This document shows positions 1 to 13,452 of a DNA stretch of 64,000 bases, piece after piece. This DNA is from Octopus vulgaris (lineage: Eukaryota). Every line of letters starts with the position of its first letter. Position 1 is the first letter of the stretch. The stretch covers positions 126,604,001-126,668,000 of the forward strand of contig OX597816.1 in assembly GCA_951406725.2 (NCBI GenBank), in the 5' to 3' direction. The notes beneath the pieces were generated by a model that saw only the letters and a program-made list of their open reading frames with translations, did no database searches and was not told where the DNA came from. The position numbers and the translations under genes are program-made.

Positions 1-269
1 TGGCTGCAATTATATATTTTAGATAACATTAAGACAATAGCAGTGATAAAATTTTGATTGAAAATTTCTAAAACTTTGATCAGTGCTCTGTAATTTAATT
101 GTGATAGTTTATTAAGTTTAGCTTATATATAGATGATATCTTATTCAAAATATGTATGCTTCTTATCAATAATTTGAATACTGTATTTCAGATAAAATAT
201 AGCAGAACATGATTCTATATAGCTGTACCTCAATAAAAGTTTCAAAATTGAAACCTTTTCTTAATTTTT

Positions 270-415
270 GTTCAAATTCTGTCGAGGTTGACTTCACCTT
301 TCATCCTTTTGGGGTCGATAAATTAAGTACCAGTTGATACTGGAGTCAATGTAATCAATTACTCTCCCCTTCCCCAAATTTCACGCCTTGTGTCTATAGT
401 AGAAAGGATTATTAT
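270..415 (+). mobile_element. SINE family B, 3' part
   Basis: gttcaaattctgtcgaggttgacttcacctttcatccttttggggtcgataaattaagtaccagttg matches the family B copy at 46739-46971. Confidence 0.8.
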
Positions 416-609
416 CTCTAAGTGTTCTGCCAGGTCATCTTAAGCCTACAATTATTATGTGTCTCATCCAAATGTTAAGACTAGTTTTTTACTTTTTAGG
501 TTATCCTAAGGAAAATTTGAAATATAAAAAGAAATAGTATTATTTTTAAATCACCAATAGAATCATTCAAAATTTATTTCAATTTTCTATATAACTTGAA
601 CTCTTGGTA

Positions 610-1080
610 ATTTGATTTACATTCAGAAGTTTGGTATAAACATTGTCCTGATGATCATCACTTTGTGTCCATTTTCTCATGTTTTCATGTGTTTTATGGG
701 TATTCTCCAGCACAGCAGCTATCACTGCTGTGATCTCATGTCATCTCGTCAGGTTCAGCATTTCGAGATCACACTTTACCACTACTTTTCATGTCTTCCT
801 TGGTCATCTTCTGCTGATTCCTTTCAATTAGATTGTCTGGCACTACTTTACTGTTAGCTTTCATGCACCACATGTCCATACTAGCTCAGTCTTCTCTCTT
901 GCACATTGCAGCTGATTCCTTTTATTTCCGATTTTTCTCTCAGTTCATTTGTGCACTGCTATTCATGCACACTGACATTGCACTTTCAATGAAGCATGTT
1001 CACCTCATTTCTTCCCAACATTTGCTCATCCTCTACATTAAAATCAAATCATATGCACATGTGCTTCCTGTGGTTTGTAA
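610..1080 (-). mobile_element. degenerate RTE-type LINE 3' fragment
   Basis: Similar to the RTE-like relics at 17040-17880 and 28620-29260; many stops. Confidence 0.45.
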
Positions 1081-2082
1081 GAAAGTTAATTTCTTTGTAT
1101 AAGTAGGATATTTGAATGAGGAAACTTAAAATGAAAACAGGGCAGAATACTTATTTCGGTTGAAATAACAATTTTGCTATAAACTCCAACTGATAATGAA
1201 CATTCTTACGAAAAGCACTGAGATTAACCAACATGAATTGCAGAAGTATTGAACAGAATGCTTAATATGATGTATAGAGTTAAAAATCATGGTAGTATTA
1301 TACAGAGTTAAAGATAATAAGCAGAAAATGTACAAATAACTATAGAAATCAAAAGTTCTTAAGAGTATGAAAGACACTCTCAATGTGTGTTTGATTGGAC
1401 TAATTAAGGTATATAATTTAAATTCAATAGTTTATCTCTTTCTAAAATTAATTTCAGAGTTATAAAATGTAGCACTATTAAAGCATACTGTTTCATGCTT
1501 TAATCTTGTAATAATTCTGCTTGTCATTATGTTACTTAGCCCGTTGGTAACACTTTCATGTGATTAGAGAAAAAGAGGGAGAAAGAAAAGAAGGGTGGAT
1601 AAAAAGACGGCGAGAGAAGTGTCCATGGCATGAGGTAGGAGGAATGTAATTGTAATGCTTTTGCATATTAGTTGAAGGGAAAAAGAGTATGAGAGAGAAA
1701 AAGGAGAGAGGAAAAGGATAAAGTGAAGAGAGAGAAAGAAATAGAAGGAGAAAAGATGGAGAGAGAAACGTCCATGACATGTTGGAGGACGTAATATTTA
1801 TTATGTTGTTAAAAAAGTAATTTGAAAGTAGTGATAGAGGAGAGTTAGGAATATAATTTTAGCAGATGGGTGATGTTCTGATGGTGAGATTAAAGAAGGG
1901 CAGAGAGATAGATAGATTGATAGAGAGAGAGAGAGAGAGAGATGATGGTGGTGGTGGTGGAAGTGATGGTGGAGGTGATGGTAGTGGTGGAGGTGGTGAT
2001 AGTGAATTCATAGTGTAAAGTATTTTTTATTAAATTGAACTGTTTTATATCACCAATCACTTAATGCATGCACGTCCCAACC

Positions 2083-2347
2083 TTGCCATTCACTTTAGAA
2101 AGAAACCAGTTTCCCATTCACCTGTCATATGCAATGACGATCAGTATATCACAAAGGCAGACATTTGATAAAGGAGAGGTTGTTCTTGCCTGAGCCTGTA
2201 TTTGGCCATGGTCAGCTATATGTTGCATTCTCATGGGCTCACAAATTATCTGATGTGAGACTTAAAGTTATCAACACTAAGAAACAAGGGAAAAGAAGTG
2301 GGAGAACTTACACAAAGAACATAGTCTGTAAAGAAGTATTGGAGTGA
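2083..2347 (+). pseudogene. Helitron RepHel PIF1-like helicase C-terminal fragment, frameshifted
   Basis: Translates LPFTLERNQFPIHLSYAMTISISQRQTFDK / FLPEPVFGHGQLYVAFSW...TYTKNIVCKEVL, matching PIF1 motifs (QFP..AMTINKSQGQT, VFSHGQLYVALSR) and the Helitron T.NIV..EVL end. Confidence 0.9.
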
Positions 2348-2810
2348 AAGGTGTATGGAAATTGACATGTGTATTGGCTCTGACCCATTGCATTGGTTTA
2401 TAAGTTACTAACGATGTGGTTTTCATTAAATTTTTACCCACGTGAAATTGTGAGCTCTATATTTTACATATAAAATAATTTTCTTTTACTATAAAATTTT
2501 TGTTTTCTAGATATGAAATTGTGTAAATTTTAAAATATAATTTTTTCTGTTTATGGGGGAAATGGAAAAATAAGAATGAATATTCATTTTATGAGTGATG
2601 TGTATTAAGTCTATAAAATTGTGCATTAAGTATATATATATATATATATATATATAAAGTGCATTAAGTAATCATTGTATTCCAATTTCCTTCACTTTTC
2701 AATGAATAGCAGATGAATGACTATATTTTGATACAGACACAACACAGGCTACACTTTCAGGCTTTTTGGATAAAGTTTTCAGGAATGACCCAATAGGTTT
2801 ACTATTAATT

Positions 2811-2837
2811 CCATGAGATATTCACAGGTCCTACTAG
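2811..2837 (+). mobile_element. Helitron 3' terminus (imperfect hairpin plus CTAG)
   Basis: ccatgagatattcacagg hairpin, then tccta-CTAG and a flanking T, about 490 bp after the helicase stop. Confidence 0.55.
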
Positions 2838-4394
2838 TAAAACATTAATGTTTTTCTGTGTATTAATTTCTAGGTAAAAATTTTATTTCATTTCAAAAGT
2901 AAAATCTTGCTTTTGAATAATGTTCACTAAAATATCAATGAAAATCTCTCTATAATTTATAACTGTAAGCATTAAATCAAATTTTCTCTTTTGGGCAATT
3001 TATTTATTGTTATATTTAACCACAAACTATTTACTATGTTGGGAGAATGCTTTTACCTCTTCCCTATAAATGTAGCATTTTCAATGTTCTAAATTATGAT
3101 ATTATCACACATGTTATTGCATTAGCTTACTGCGCTTGATGATAATATCACACTATTCATTTGCTCTGTCAATTAGTAAATTTCTTTATTGAAATATGGT
3201 GGTGTGGAATATATCTGACATGTGCAGCAAGCTTTACTTCCATCATTTATGCAAATTTGCAAGAAAATAAAACTAAAAATTTAAAATTTCTTGTTATAAC
3301 TATGGCAAGTGAAAGTTTGTGTCCTTAATATGTCATAAGAAAATATTGCCGAAAGTATAATTTTATACTGATCCTACAGTAAAAAGGTATAGATTTATTC
3401 TGATTCTATAGAAAACACTTTATCTATAAATAACATAATCCTTTGGTGTTCATTTCTTAATAGTCCCCAATTTCACAATACATCAATCCATTATCAGGTA
3501 GAGCTTCAATAGAGAATATTTATTAAATGTTGTATAGGCTAACAATTAAGTATTAATGCCTGCAACTTGCTAACAGACAGTTCAAGAAAACCATTTTGAA
3601 TATGAAAAGTATTTTGATTAAGTGCCAATGTAATGAGTTTTCCTCCTTTCCAGCTTTTAATTGCTTTCAAGTTGTCTTTTAAATGCATTTCTAGTGAATT
3701 TGGTAACCCATCCTATTTTCTGTTTGAACAACCTCTGCATCAGCAACAACAATATGTATTTCATCCTCATTTGGGTCAACTTTATTTATAGCAAGTCTAA
3801 ATGATTTCTATTTCTGTCACAGTTGTTTCCCTTAAAGCCTTCTTCAACCATCAGTTGTACCAAATTATCCATTCTATAAAAAACAAATACCTGCCTTAAA
3901 CAAACACCTGTCATTAAGCTTTTTAAAATTTCTAACCTTCTTTTGCCTCCTTTTCCCCCTCATAGTCTATCTACTTACTTGCTTTGCATTTGGTAATGAA
4001 TTATGAAATTTGTTTCTTCTACAATATTTCTGAGATAAAGGAAAAAATACTGATGAATGCCTTGTATATCCTTCATAGTCTTCTCTACGTTTAATTATAC
4101 AAAATGTAGTTGATGATATTTTTATCTCCATTATATAAGAATAATGTTATCCCAATGAAATTATAACATTAATTATATTGGAACTAGCATCAGCAAAGCA
4201 TTTTAAAATTGACATCAGAAGCCTCCTTGAAGTATCTGGATTTAGTGAATCCTTATAACCCTACTGTATTGAATATGATAATGATTCTTCATTAAGCACT
4301 GACTACATAAAATATTCCAGAGATCAACTCTATTTCTTCCTTTTATTTTTGTGAATAATATTTTCCAATTTATGAATGGTGATATGTATCTAAG

Positions 4395-4541
4395 TTCCTA
4401 TGACACACCCTACAACTCACACTTATTTCAATGCTTTGTTACTGTCATTACTGACCTCAGTAACACTGTTAGAAATTCACTTCTGTCAAAATCTGGCAAT
4501 ATTTGTCAGTGCTCAATCACAAACATTATTTATGTCTTATC
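4395..4541 (+). CDS. candidate internal exon 1 of an unknown gene (phase 1/1)
   Basis: tctaag| acceptor is weak, C|gtaagt donor is strong; open frame PMTHPTTHTYFNALLLSLLTSVTLLEIHFCQNLAIFVSAQSQTLFMSY; another frame is also open. Confidence 0.25.
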
Positions 4542-5832
4542 GTAAGTATGGGAGACATATTATTAATAGATTTAATATCTATATTTTATTTCCGCTATTT
4601 ATATTTTGACACCATTTAGATTTTTTATTTGTAGTAGATCTTATAAGTATGTTTATGATATTAACTCAAAAAAACTCCAGACCTGTAATGTTTCAAAATG
4701 CATAATGATGCTTAAATCTTGTTTCAAAATGCAAATACTAAATTGTGAATGACATTCATTGCAATGAATGATATTCATTTAGAGTATTAGATATCTCATT
4801 ACATTCCTATATTTATTCCTCAAGTAGTAAAATATCTCAGAAACTTCAACAGTAGTCATATATTCTCATTCAAAATTTACTGTGTATGTAATGCCATAGA
4901 AAATTTTCAGTTAAAAAAATTTAGACTCTTAGAACAATTGACACATAATAGTATGAATATAATATAGAAATTGGATTATATTTGAATTGAAAAGTGATTC
5001 TAATGAACAAAAGAGAGTCAGAAATAAACATAAATCTAATAATAATAGGAATAATAAAGATTTTTACTAATGAAAATATGAACATTGTAAATAAAAATAA
5101 AATACTGTTAAATTTATAATTTTGATATATTCTTACAGTTTTTTCTTCTTTTGATATTTGAATTGATTCAGGACTTTTATGGATAATCTCAATTTTTTGT
5201 AGCATAGCTTTTATTTTCTGATATAATCTGATTTAGTTATGCTACTATGAATGAATTTGAAAATATTATAAAAGTAATACTCTTAAATTATAATTAAGAA
5301 AGAAATACTGTACTCAACAAATGATAGTTGCAGATGAGGTGTTTAAAACTCATAGGGCATTATTACATTAAATAGAAAAAGATATGGTTGTAGCTGCTAG
5401 TGCAATTAGTCTAAATATAAAGAAAGTGATTTACTGATATGACTAAACTATTTTCAATGTTATACTATCATTGCCTACAAGAATAACAAAGAGTTAGAAG
5501 TTTAAAGTTGTTCCAATAAATGAAGTAAACAGCTACTTTTATCATAAGGAATTTATCACAATGGAAAAGTAGATTATATATTGTTTGCATTAAAATTGCA
5601 ATTCTCTGTAGTATGTGACCTATAGACGATGAAGGTAGAGCGATAACTGAAGCTAATATATTGAAATTTAAATATGATCTGCAGAAATTACTCAGAATAC
5701 ATAAGCTATAAATAACATGAGAAGTATAAGAAATGTTTATCAGTAAGTGTGAGGATTAAGTAGCTTTGAAGATACATTCAAAATAAAAGAGAGACCTAAT
5801 AGCTGTTTTAAAACCTTTTCTTTTATTTTTAG

Positions 5833-5868
5833 ATGATGTTATGATAATAATAGTAAACTGGAAATCAG
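5833..5868 (+). CDS. candidate 36-nt exon 2 (phase 1/1)
   Basis: ttttcttttatttttag| acceptor, CAG|gtaact donor; only one frame is open (DVMIIIVNWKS). Confidence 0.4.
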
Positions 5869-6237
5869 GTAACTCAAAATATAAAAAAAAAAAAAGATTT
5901 TATTGATTAATAAGTAAATGCATTGGCAATTATGATATCACTAGCCTGATTATATATATAAAAGTTCTGTTACTTTGAATTATTAAGTACATGTGTATTT
6001 CTTACTAAAATTATTATGTTAGTGTTAGCTAGAAAACGATAGTGCTTAGCAGAAGCTCTTGCTTTAAACATGGCTAACGAGTTAGCTTTGCAACTATGTG
6101 TTTTAGGATTAATTCCCACCCTGCAATACTTTGCAAAAGTACCTCCTATCATGAATCGTCAGTCACTTGGAAGGGAAATCTGTTAGAAACTTATAGGAAT
6201 TGTGCTGGAGGAACCATTATTGTTCTTGAGTAGTAAA

Positions 6238-6296
6238 AGTAGTTTGCCTGTTAAAAAGAAGTTTGCCAGTTGAAAAGAAGTTTGTCAGTTAAAAAG
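6238..6296. repeat. 19-bp tandem repeat, about 3 copies
   Basis: Unit aagaagtttgccagttaaa with few mismatches. Confidence 0.75.
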
Positions 6297-6529
6297 CATC
6301 TCTTGGCCAACTGGTATTGTTGATAAAGTTCCCTTTTCTACATCACTTTGGTAAGGTCTCCAGTCTGATAACCTCTCATCTTTTTTGTGCTAGTCTCAAG
6401 GACCCTGAAGCAAATTATTGGTGTTCTTTCTCTTCAATAATTATGTTTGAAATGTTCAAATAAATATATTGTTCACATTTGCTTTTTAGTTATAAGATTA
6501 GAAAGCAAAGAATGCACTCATGACTTTCA

Positions 6530-6950
6530 TTCTTGTAAGACTGGTGATGTTGATTTAGTAGACATTCACCTTGAATATACCTACAGGAAAAACATGAGTG
6601 GGAAGGTAATTCCAGATGGGAAGAAAGGATTAGATAAAGTAGTTATAGAGTGGCCTGGTTGAGAGATGTACACACTGTATGGATGAAAAGAGATGGATAG
6701 ACGAGTGTATCAAGAGTGATTCAGGATAAGTGACATGGTGTTAGTTATGTCCTGGACCATGTAAAGGATATGGATTAGGTAGAATGAAGAGATAGCTGAT
6801 CTGTGATCTAGAGGCTGAGGTGTATTAGTGAAAGACCCCCTGCTAATTTCTAAGTGGATATTTGTAATGGACTGGGTATGGTCAAGAATGTTTTTGTATA
6901 TAGCAGTAGCAGGGCCTCAAATTTGGGAGCAGTGTTCCATTGCAATATTT
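6530..6950 (-). mobile_element. CR1/Jockey-like LINE ORF2 C-terminal relic
   Basis: Minus strand reads MEHCSQI*G...ILDHTQ and TRLSISFHPYSV...IWNYLPTHVFPVGIFK, typical of the ORF2 end (MEYCSHIW, WN.LP..VFP). Confidence 0.6.
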
Positions 6951-8631
6951 CATGATATGCAATTAAAATACATGTACTAATTTTTCACTTTAATTCATAT
7001 TTAAAAAAGCAAAAAAAACTGTACTATGAGATTAAAGAATTTTCAAATAGAATACTTTCTGAATAGTCATAAGATTATGTCATTAAATTATATTGGAAAA
7101 ATCCAATTCCTTTAATTTCTCATTTCTGTTTGAGAAAATAAGTGGTAGGTTAAGTCTACTAATTCAAATAGGTCATAGTAGGATTTAAATTCACAACACA
7201 AAGAGTAATGTGAGGTATCTGGGCTGATGTTCTTACAATTCTACTATTTCACCACTTTGGATTGAAGCTTCTTTTGATAAACCCTTAAAGGATGAAAGGC
7301 AATGTTGACCTCAGGTTGATTTCAACTAAGAGCATAGAGACTTGGAAAAAAAATACCATGAAGGATTATGTCCATTGCTCTAAAGATTCCACTTAATTAA
7401 AAAGAAAAAAACAGGTTAGAGGATAAATAAAGAATAAATATTCTTAGGATATACTTAATCGTAATGTAAGTTAACAAATTACTCTTAAAGAGTAATTTGT
7501 TAACTATGTGTAGTTTTGTAATAAGAATTTTTATTTTTATATGTGTGTAAATAGTTGGGCATAAGTGGAAACATGTAGTGTGTTTTTTTGTACATATATT
7601 TATGAAAATTTGTATGAATGTGTGTGTGTGTATTGGGGTGTGTATACTTTTAGTAATGTACAAATATTACCTATAACAGAAAGGTAAATAAAATTTGCCA
7701 AAAGATTACTCTAATATGTATCACCTCTCCAATACACATGCAGGCATGAATGCTTATAAGCATGCATGCTAGGGAGCACAGAAGTATAAATACAAAGAAT
7801 ACATAGTTGTGCATGCACGCATGTACACACACACAGACAGATGTGTTATATAATCTGCTAACATAGCATTTATAGAAATGAACTTTACAGCTTACATGCT
7901 TACATTACCTAAACATTACCTTACATTATCTAAACTGAACGTAAATGGTAGGCTTTATGAGTAGTAATATTAAACAAATTAAGTAACATTTCCACTGTTG
8001 GGACTCAGCATATATTTACTATTTACCAGTACCATATTATTGATTTTGCTACAGGATTCCTACCATTCTCTCTTTCCAAATTAAGTGATAAAAAGTCATT
8101 TCATTCATTTTAACTGTTCTATCTCAATAAAAATCTCAGTTGTTTTACAAATAATTTGTTAGGCACTCAGTGATAGTGGGTTAAACTTAATTAATTCAAT
8201 GCATGAGGTTAGTTCTGGATGAAATTATCAAACTGAAGTTGGATACCTCACTATGTTGCACAGCCCTAAGTGACTGATGAATTACATGTAAATCAAATGA
8301 GATACTTGTGGAAATACAATAAAGCAAATTAAATAGAAGGAAAGGAAATTAATAGTATCTCGTTTAAGATTAGGTCATGTCAGGCACTTTATAATGTAAC
8401 CAATAATTTAGTTGTCCATCAAACTAGCAGTCTGCATCCTGTCAGCAAGCCCATTGCTTTTTTAGCCTCAAATTGAGGTTTATAATTTATGATATTATTG
8501 TGGGTTTCATTTAATATTTAGCTGGTATAACTGCAGCAAAAACTGAAGAATAGACATAATGAAAACCAGTATACATTCTTCAGAGAAAATGGATATTCTA
8601 AATTTGTTTTGTTTTGGTTTTTTCTTTTTAG

Positions 8632-8688
8632 TTGCTGAATGTATTCCAAACAAAAACAATTTGTTTGTCATGCTACAATACTGTCAAA
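8632..8688 (+). CDS. candidate 57-nt exon 3 (phase 1/1)
   Basis: Long T-rich tract ending tttctttttag|, donor A|gtaaga; phase-1 frame (V)AECIPNKNNLFVMLQYCQ; phase 0 is also open. Confidence 0.45.
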
Positions 8689-10815
8689 GTAAGATTTATG
8701 GGGTGTTATGAAGAAATGAAACCAAGTTCCTTTAAATGCTAATTTTTGTTCAAAACAAATACAGTGTCAACTTTCTTGTAAATAATGATTAAATACATCC
8801 AACAATAACACTCAGTTGTCATCTAAAAAGAAAGCATTTTTTTTATTTTCAAAACAACATAAGTACTTTTTAATATTATTTTCAGAGCCTGCTAGCTTAA
8901 CTTTGACACCACATTGTCTTGTTTTGCGTATATTACAGTACTTTTGATAATCTAAATATTTAACATTGTTTTCTAGTGATATAATGATATAAAAATCTAG
9001 GATTATAGGATATTAATATTTTCTTTAACAAAAAATTGAAATAGTTCTGTTTTTGAATGTAACTGCATACAAAAACAGCATAGGATTTTAAAATCTAAAT
9101 ATTTAAGACAATACATCTGTTACACTATTTGTAAGTAAAAGGAAGCTAATTTAGGATATGTAAATACAGGAGGAAAACATTGTTAATTGCTTGTAATATC
9201 ATAGAAAATCAATGTTGGTTTTATATAAAGAATTAACATGATGCACATATTAGAAGAGACATGTTAGTACCAAAGTATAAATAGGGAATGCAGAACACAT
9301 TGTACAGATAATAATGATTTAGATACAATCCTTTGCAATAGTTCTTTCTGTAAATACTCTGAATGTAAATGAATTGAGAAAATAACTGAATGTTGGCTAT
9401 TTTATAAAAGAGAATTTCTGAACAATTTTATTGTGGATCATTCATACAAATGTGCATTGCAAAGAACACCAAATGACTGGTAAACTGTGTAAAAATTAAA
9501 TAGGAAGGTTTTAGGACAGTTGCAATAATCCTTTCAAAGTTAAATAATTCAGATTAGATAATAATAAACAAGGGCACATGAAAATGTTATATTGGCAAAG
9601 AAAGAATTAAGAATGAACGTTAAAGTAAAAACTAATCCCTTTAATAGATGGATTGAACAATTTGCAATTGATTCCCTTCTATCTATACTAGCATCTTCAT
9701 TTCTGCTTCTTCTTAATTACATATATTATAACTTCTTCTATGTCTTGCTATCTACAATATATATATACACAAACACCCACCCACACACACACACGTTCAC
9801 ATATATCTTGAAAGAATGAGATATAGTCTGCAATTTTGCATGTTGTTTTCCTAATTAGAGAGAAAAATTGTTTTAATCAGGCTATTATTCCTGAATTTTC
9901 CTTCACATACTATACAAGATCCTAATGAGTGAAAAAATTCAATTGTTTTAAATTTAGTTTATTACCTTTTAACTCATCATTAATCTTTTCTATTTTGAAA
10001 ACTCTATTGAAAGTGCCACCATTAATGTATCTAAATAGCATTCATTGTTGAAGAATTCTCAGATATTTTCTTTCATCCTTCCACACCCTTTTTGTAAAGT
10101 TGTAAAAAAAATTCTTCTCTTCTGCAATTATACACACTTAAATTTTCCAACTTTGACATTGCATTACATTTAGTTAATAAATCTTTACAGGTGAACTGTA
10201 ATTGTTTCCTTTCTTTTAAAATTATATTAATGCTTCTTGTTAATTAAATTGAGACATACTCAACTAATGGATAGTTATTCATGCTTGCAGAATTATCAGA
10301 CTGATTGCTGCATGTTACTCAGAGAAATTAAATGAAAAGTTATAGGTACCTTTTTTTTTTTTATTAAACCTAACTTACATCTGCCAAAGAATATTTTTCT
10401 ATCTAATTTGACAAGAATAGTAAATAAATAAATAAATAAATAAATGTATTCAGAAACACCATTAGAACATTAAATACTGCAAAGACCTTAGGTCTCTCTC
10501 AAGAGTACAATTACTAGTAAAATAAATGAAAGAAGTCTTCAAGTTTTACTTGAAGGGTTTTATTAAAACAAAAAGGACCTGTTCTCTGCAAAGAGTGATT
10601 GTAATGTTTAATATCATTTACACTAAATTCTGACCTACAAAACTATAACACACACACACACACTTATGTGTGTAAGCATGAGTGCGTGCATATATGTAAG
10701 TCTGTGTTTGTTTAATATTTTAAAATTTTATGCATAAACATGCATTTTAGCAAATTTGAGAATCAGCATGAAATCAAAACACAAAGACTAAACAATAAAG
10801 AAATGTTAGTAATCT

Positions 10816-11462
10816 GTAGCTGTGTGGTAAGAAGCTTGCTTTCCAACCACATGGTCCCACTTACTGAAGGTGCCATGCAATAACACCTTGGACAAATGTC
10901 TTCTGTTATAGCCTCAAGCTGACCAAAGTCTTGTGAGTGGATTTGGTAGATGGAAACTGAAAGAGGCTTGTCAGTCATTTTATATATATATATATATATA
11001 TATGTATATCTGTGTGTATGTGTGTGTGTTTGTGTTTATCCCCTACCACCACTTTGTTGTTTTTGTTATGCAACAAGACGGGTAAGGGAGATTAGGTGAT
11101 GGTCTAGGGCTTAGGGGCAGGAGACCCCAGACCTTGGAAAAAAAAACTTTGGTTGTCTTGTTGTAGTCGAGGGCTCTTTGTTGATGCCCGATACCACTGG
11201 GAGGTGGTCCTCGAAGTTGCTGGAAATGGAGATCTCCAGGTCCAAGTTCTTGAACGGCCCTACCACCACTTGACAACTGGTGCTGGTGTGTTTACATCCC
11301 CATAACTTAGTGGTTCAGCAAAGAGACCGATAGAATAAGTAGCAGGCTTTTAAAAAAAATAAGTATTGAGGTCAATTCATTCAACTAAAATATCTTCAAG
11401 AATGTGCCCCCAGTATAGCCACAGTCTGATGACTGAAACAAGCAAAAACTAACAGAAAAAAG
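10816..11462 (+). mobile_element. SINE family A, interrupted by a 203-bp insertion
   Basis: Head gtagctgtgtggtaagaagcttgc..., internal (TA)n(TG)n, tail gatgactgaaacaag; collinear with four other copies. Confidence 0.9.
11055..11257 (-). mobile_element. short GC-rich retroposed insertion with 14-bp TSD
   Basis: Exact direct repeat ccctaccaccactt at 11041-11054 and 11258-11271; A/CA-rich tail on the minus strand; stem-loop at 11101-11133. Confidence 0.75.
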
Positions 11463-11523
11463 ATAATGTCAAATAATTATTATTTATAAGCTAAGCCACT
11501 AAAATATATTTTATGAAGTACAG

Positions 11524-11626
11524 AAATCTTAAGAAAATCAAGAAGTACATGGTATTTATATGTTCAAGAAGAAAAGCCAGAAGAAATAGAACTGAAAGCA
11601 CAGCGAAAGTTAGGAAATGATTACAT
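11524..11626 (+). CDS. candidate 103-nt exon 4 (phase 1/2)
   Basis: tacag| acceptor with weak tract, AT|gtaagc donor; purine-rich; only frame open to the donor is ILRKSRSTWYLYVQEEKPEEIELKAQRKLGNDY. Confidence 0.5.
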
Positions 11627-12569
11627 GTAAGCATATATAATGGAGTTACCGGCTTATTTTGCTAGATTTGAAAAGCAGAAATTAAAATTTTGTTAAACTC
11701 AAAAGCTGTGCACCAAGCCCATTCATAACTGGAAAATGAATACTATCAACAAGTTTCTGTAATATACTTAGTTATTCAGTTGTAGTAGTATGAATTTTAC
11801 CATATAACATTCTTCTGTTTTTTAATCATGATTTCTGTTCTGGAGTGCTGTTACAAAGATTCTGACCATACACACACAAAAGGAAAAAAATGTATGTTAT
11901 GTATCTGTCTCGTACATCAATTACAACAATTTTAAATATGGAAATATTAGCTATGTTGTAGGTAATAATTTTAATATCAGCAATTTTCTTAATATAAAAA
12001 GTTCATTAGCAATTGTAGCACTTTCTTTACTCTGTGAATTTAAATTGCACATTTAGATTTTAGATGCATGAGAAAGAAAAAAAAAAAAAAATTCACAAAT
12101 AGAGTTTGTGATGTTAAAAGAAGTATTTAATCACTCTCTATTATATGTTTGCATATTCATGTGTGTGTGTTTGTTTGTCTGTTTATGTATGTATGTGTAT
12201 GCATAAATGTATGTATGTCTGTGTATCTATTTCTCTGTCTGTCTGTCTCTGCCTCTCTCTCCTTCTCTCTTTCTTTATATATATAAACTCAAGTAGAGAG
12301 GGCCTTCTTCCTCTGCTTAGAGGAAAATGAGACTATTTGATGAAGAACTTTCTATAAATTGTTTTAGTTCTTTTATTCTGCCACATTATTTTTAAGGAAA
12401 TCATCTTCATTTTATGTACATGTACATACCATAATCGTACATTAAATAATGTCTTTAGCACCGAGTAGAAAATGATATATTATGAGTAAATTGAAATGTT
12501 GGGGCAGAGGGAAACATCACATCTTGCCAATTTGTATCTTTTATCAGCTTCATACAAGCCTCTATATTA

Positions 12570-12860
12570 TCATCATCATCATCACCACCACCATCATCAT
12601 CATCATCATCGTCATCTTCCTCCTCCTCATCATCATCATCATTTTAAAGTCCACCTTATGTACTTACATATTTGTTGGGGTATATCTCCTGTCGATAACT
12701 AGATGCAATTCCTATTGTTAACTTGCATTTGTTTCCATGCAAGGTAATGTTTCCCCATGGCCAGACATGTTTCCACAGAAGATTGGAAACAAGTACTATC
12801 GCTTATATGACGGTGACATTTGTTTATAACTATCATGAAATATGAAGACAAAGAGACACA

Positions 12861-12930
<70 letters not shown>

Positions 12931-13050
12931 TGCACACAAACCAAGTTTCTTTTAGTTCTTGTCTACTGACTCCATTTGCAAAGCTTTGGTTAACCTTGGA
13001 TATAGTAGGAGGCACTTGCCGAAGTTTTGTATGCCAGTGGCATGGTTCAC
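12570..13050 (-). mobile_element. SINE with family A head, long (CA)n hinge and alternative (GAT)n-ending tail
   Basis: Tail aaggtaatgtttccccatggccagacatgtttccacagaagattggaaac is shared with 51760-52125 and 55583-56072; (CA)n at 12863-12926. Confidence 0.7.
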
Positions 13051-13297
13051 TTAAGTGAATGCACCAGATTTAAAGAAGACATTTCAATAATGGAAGCAAA
13101 ACTTAGTAGCAAAAAGCCCCAATGGTAAGCAGAAAAGACAGTACAACTGTCGCCATCTGGAAAGTAGTTATCCTCAGTAGACAACAAATGTGTATGTAAG
13201 ATTTTGATATGGAACTTTAAATGACAACTACAAGTGCACAAAAGATGGAAGTCATAATACCTGTCCATGTTGCCAGATGGCAATATGCATCAAGAAT

Positions 13298-13380
13298 ATG
13301 TATGTATGTATGTATGTATGTATGGCTGGCTGGATGGCTGGCTGGCTGGCTGGATGGATGGATGGTTGGATGGATGTATA
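13298..13380. repeat. compound tetranucleotide microsatellite (TATG)/(TGGC)/(TGGA)
   Basis: Direct reading. Confidence 0.9.
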
Positions 13381-13452
13381 CTCTTGGTGTTTATATGATA
13401 ACACGGTGTAATAAATATTTGGCCAAATAATGAAAAAGAGTTATACTTATAA

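Noticed and set aside
13056-13124. Phase 2/2 exon candidate ECTRFKEDISIMEAKLSSKKPQ with a gtaagc donor
   Set aside because: It fits the phase, but the acceptor has no pyrimidine tract and abuts a SINE; not needed for the chain
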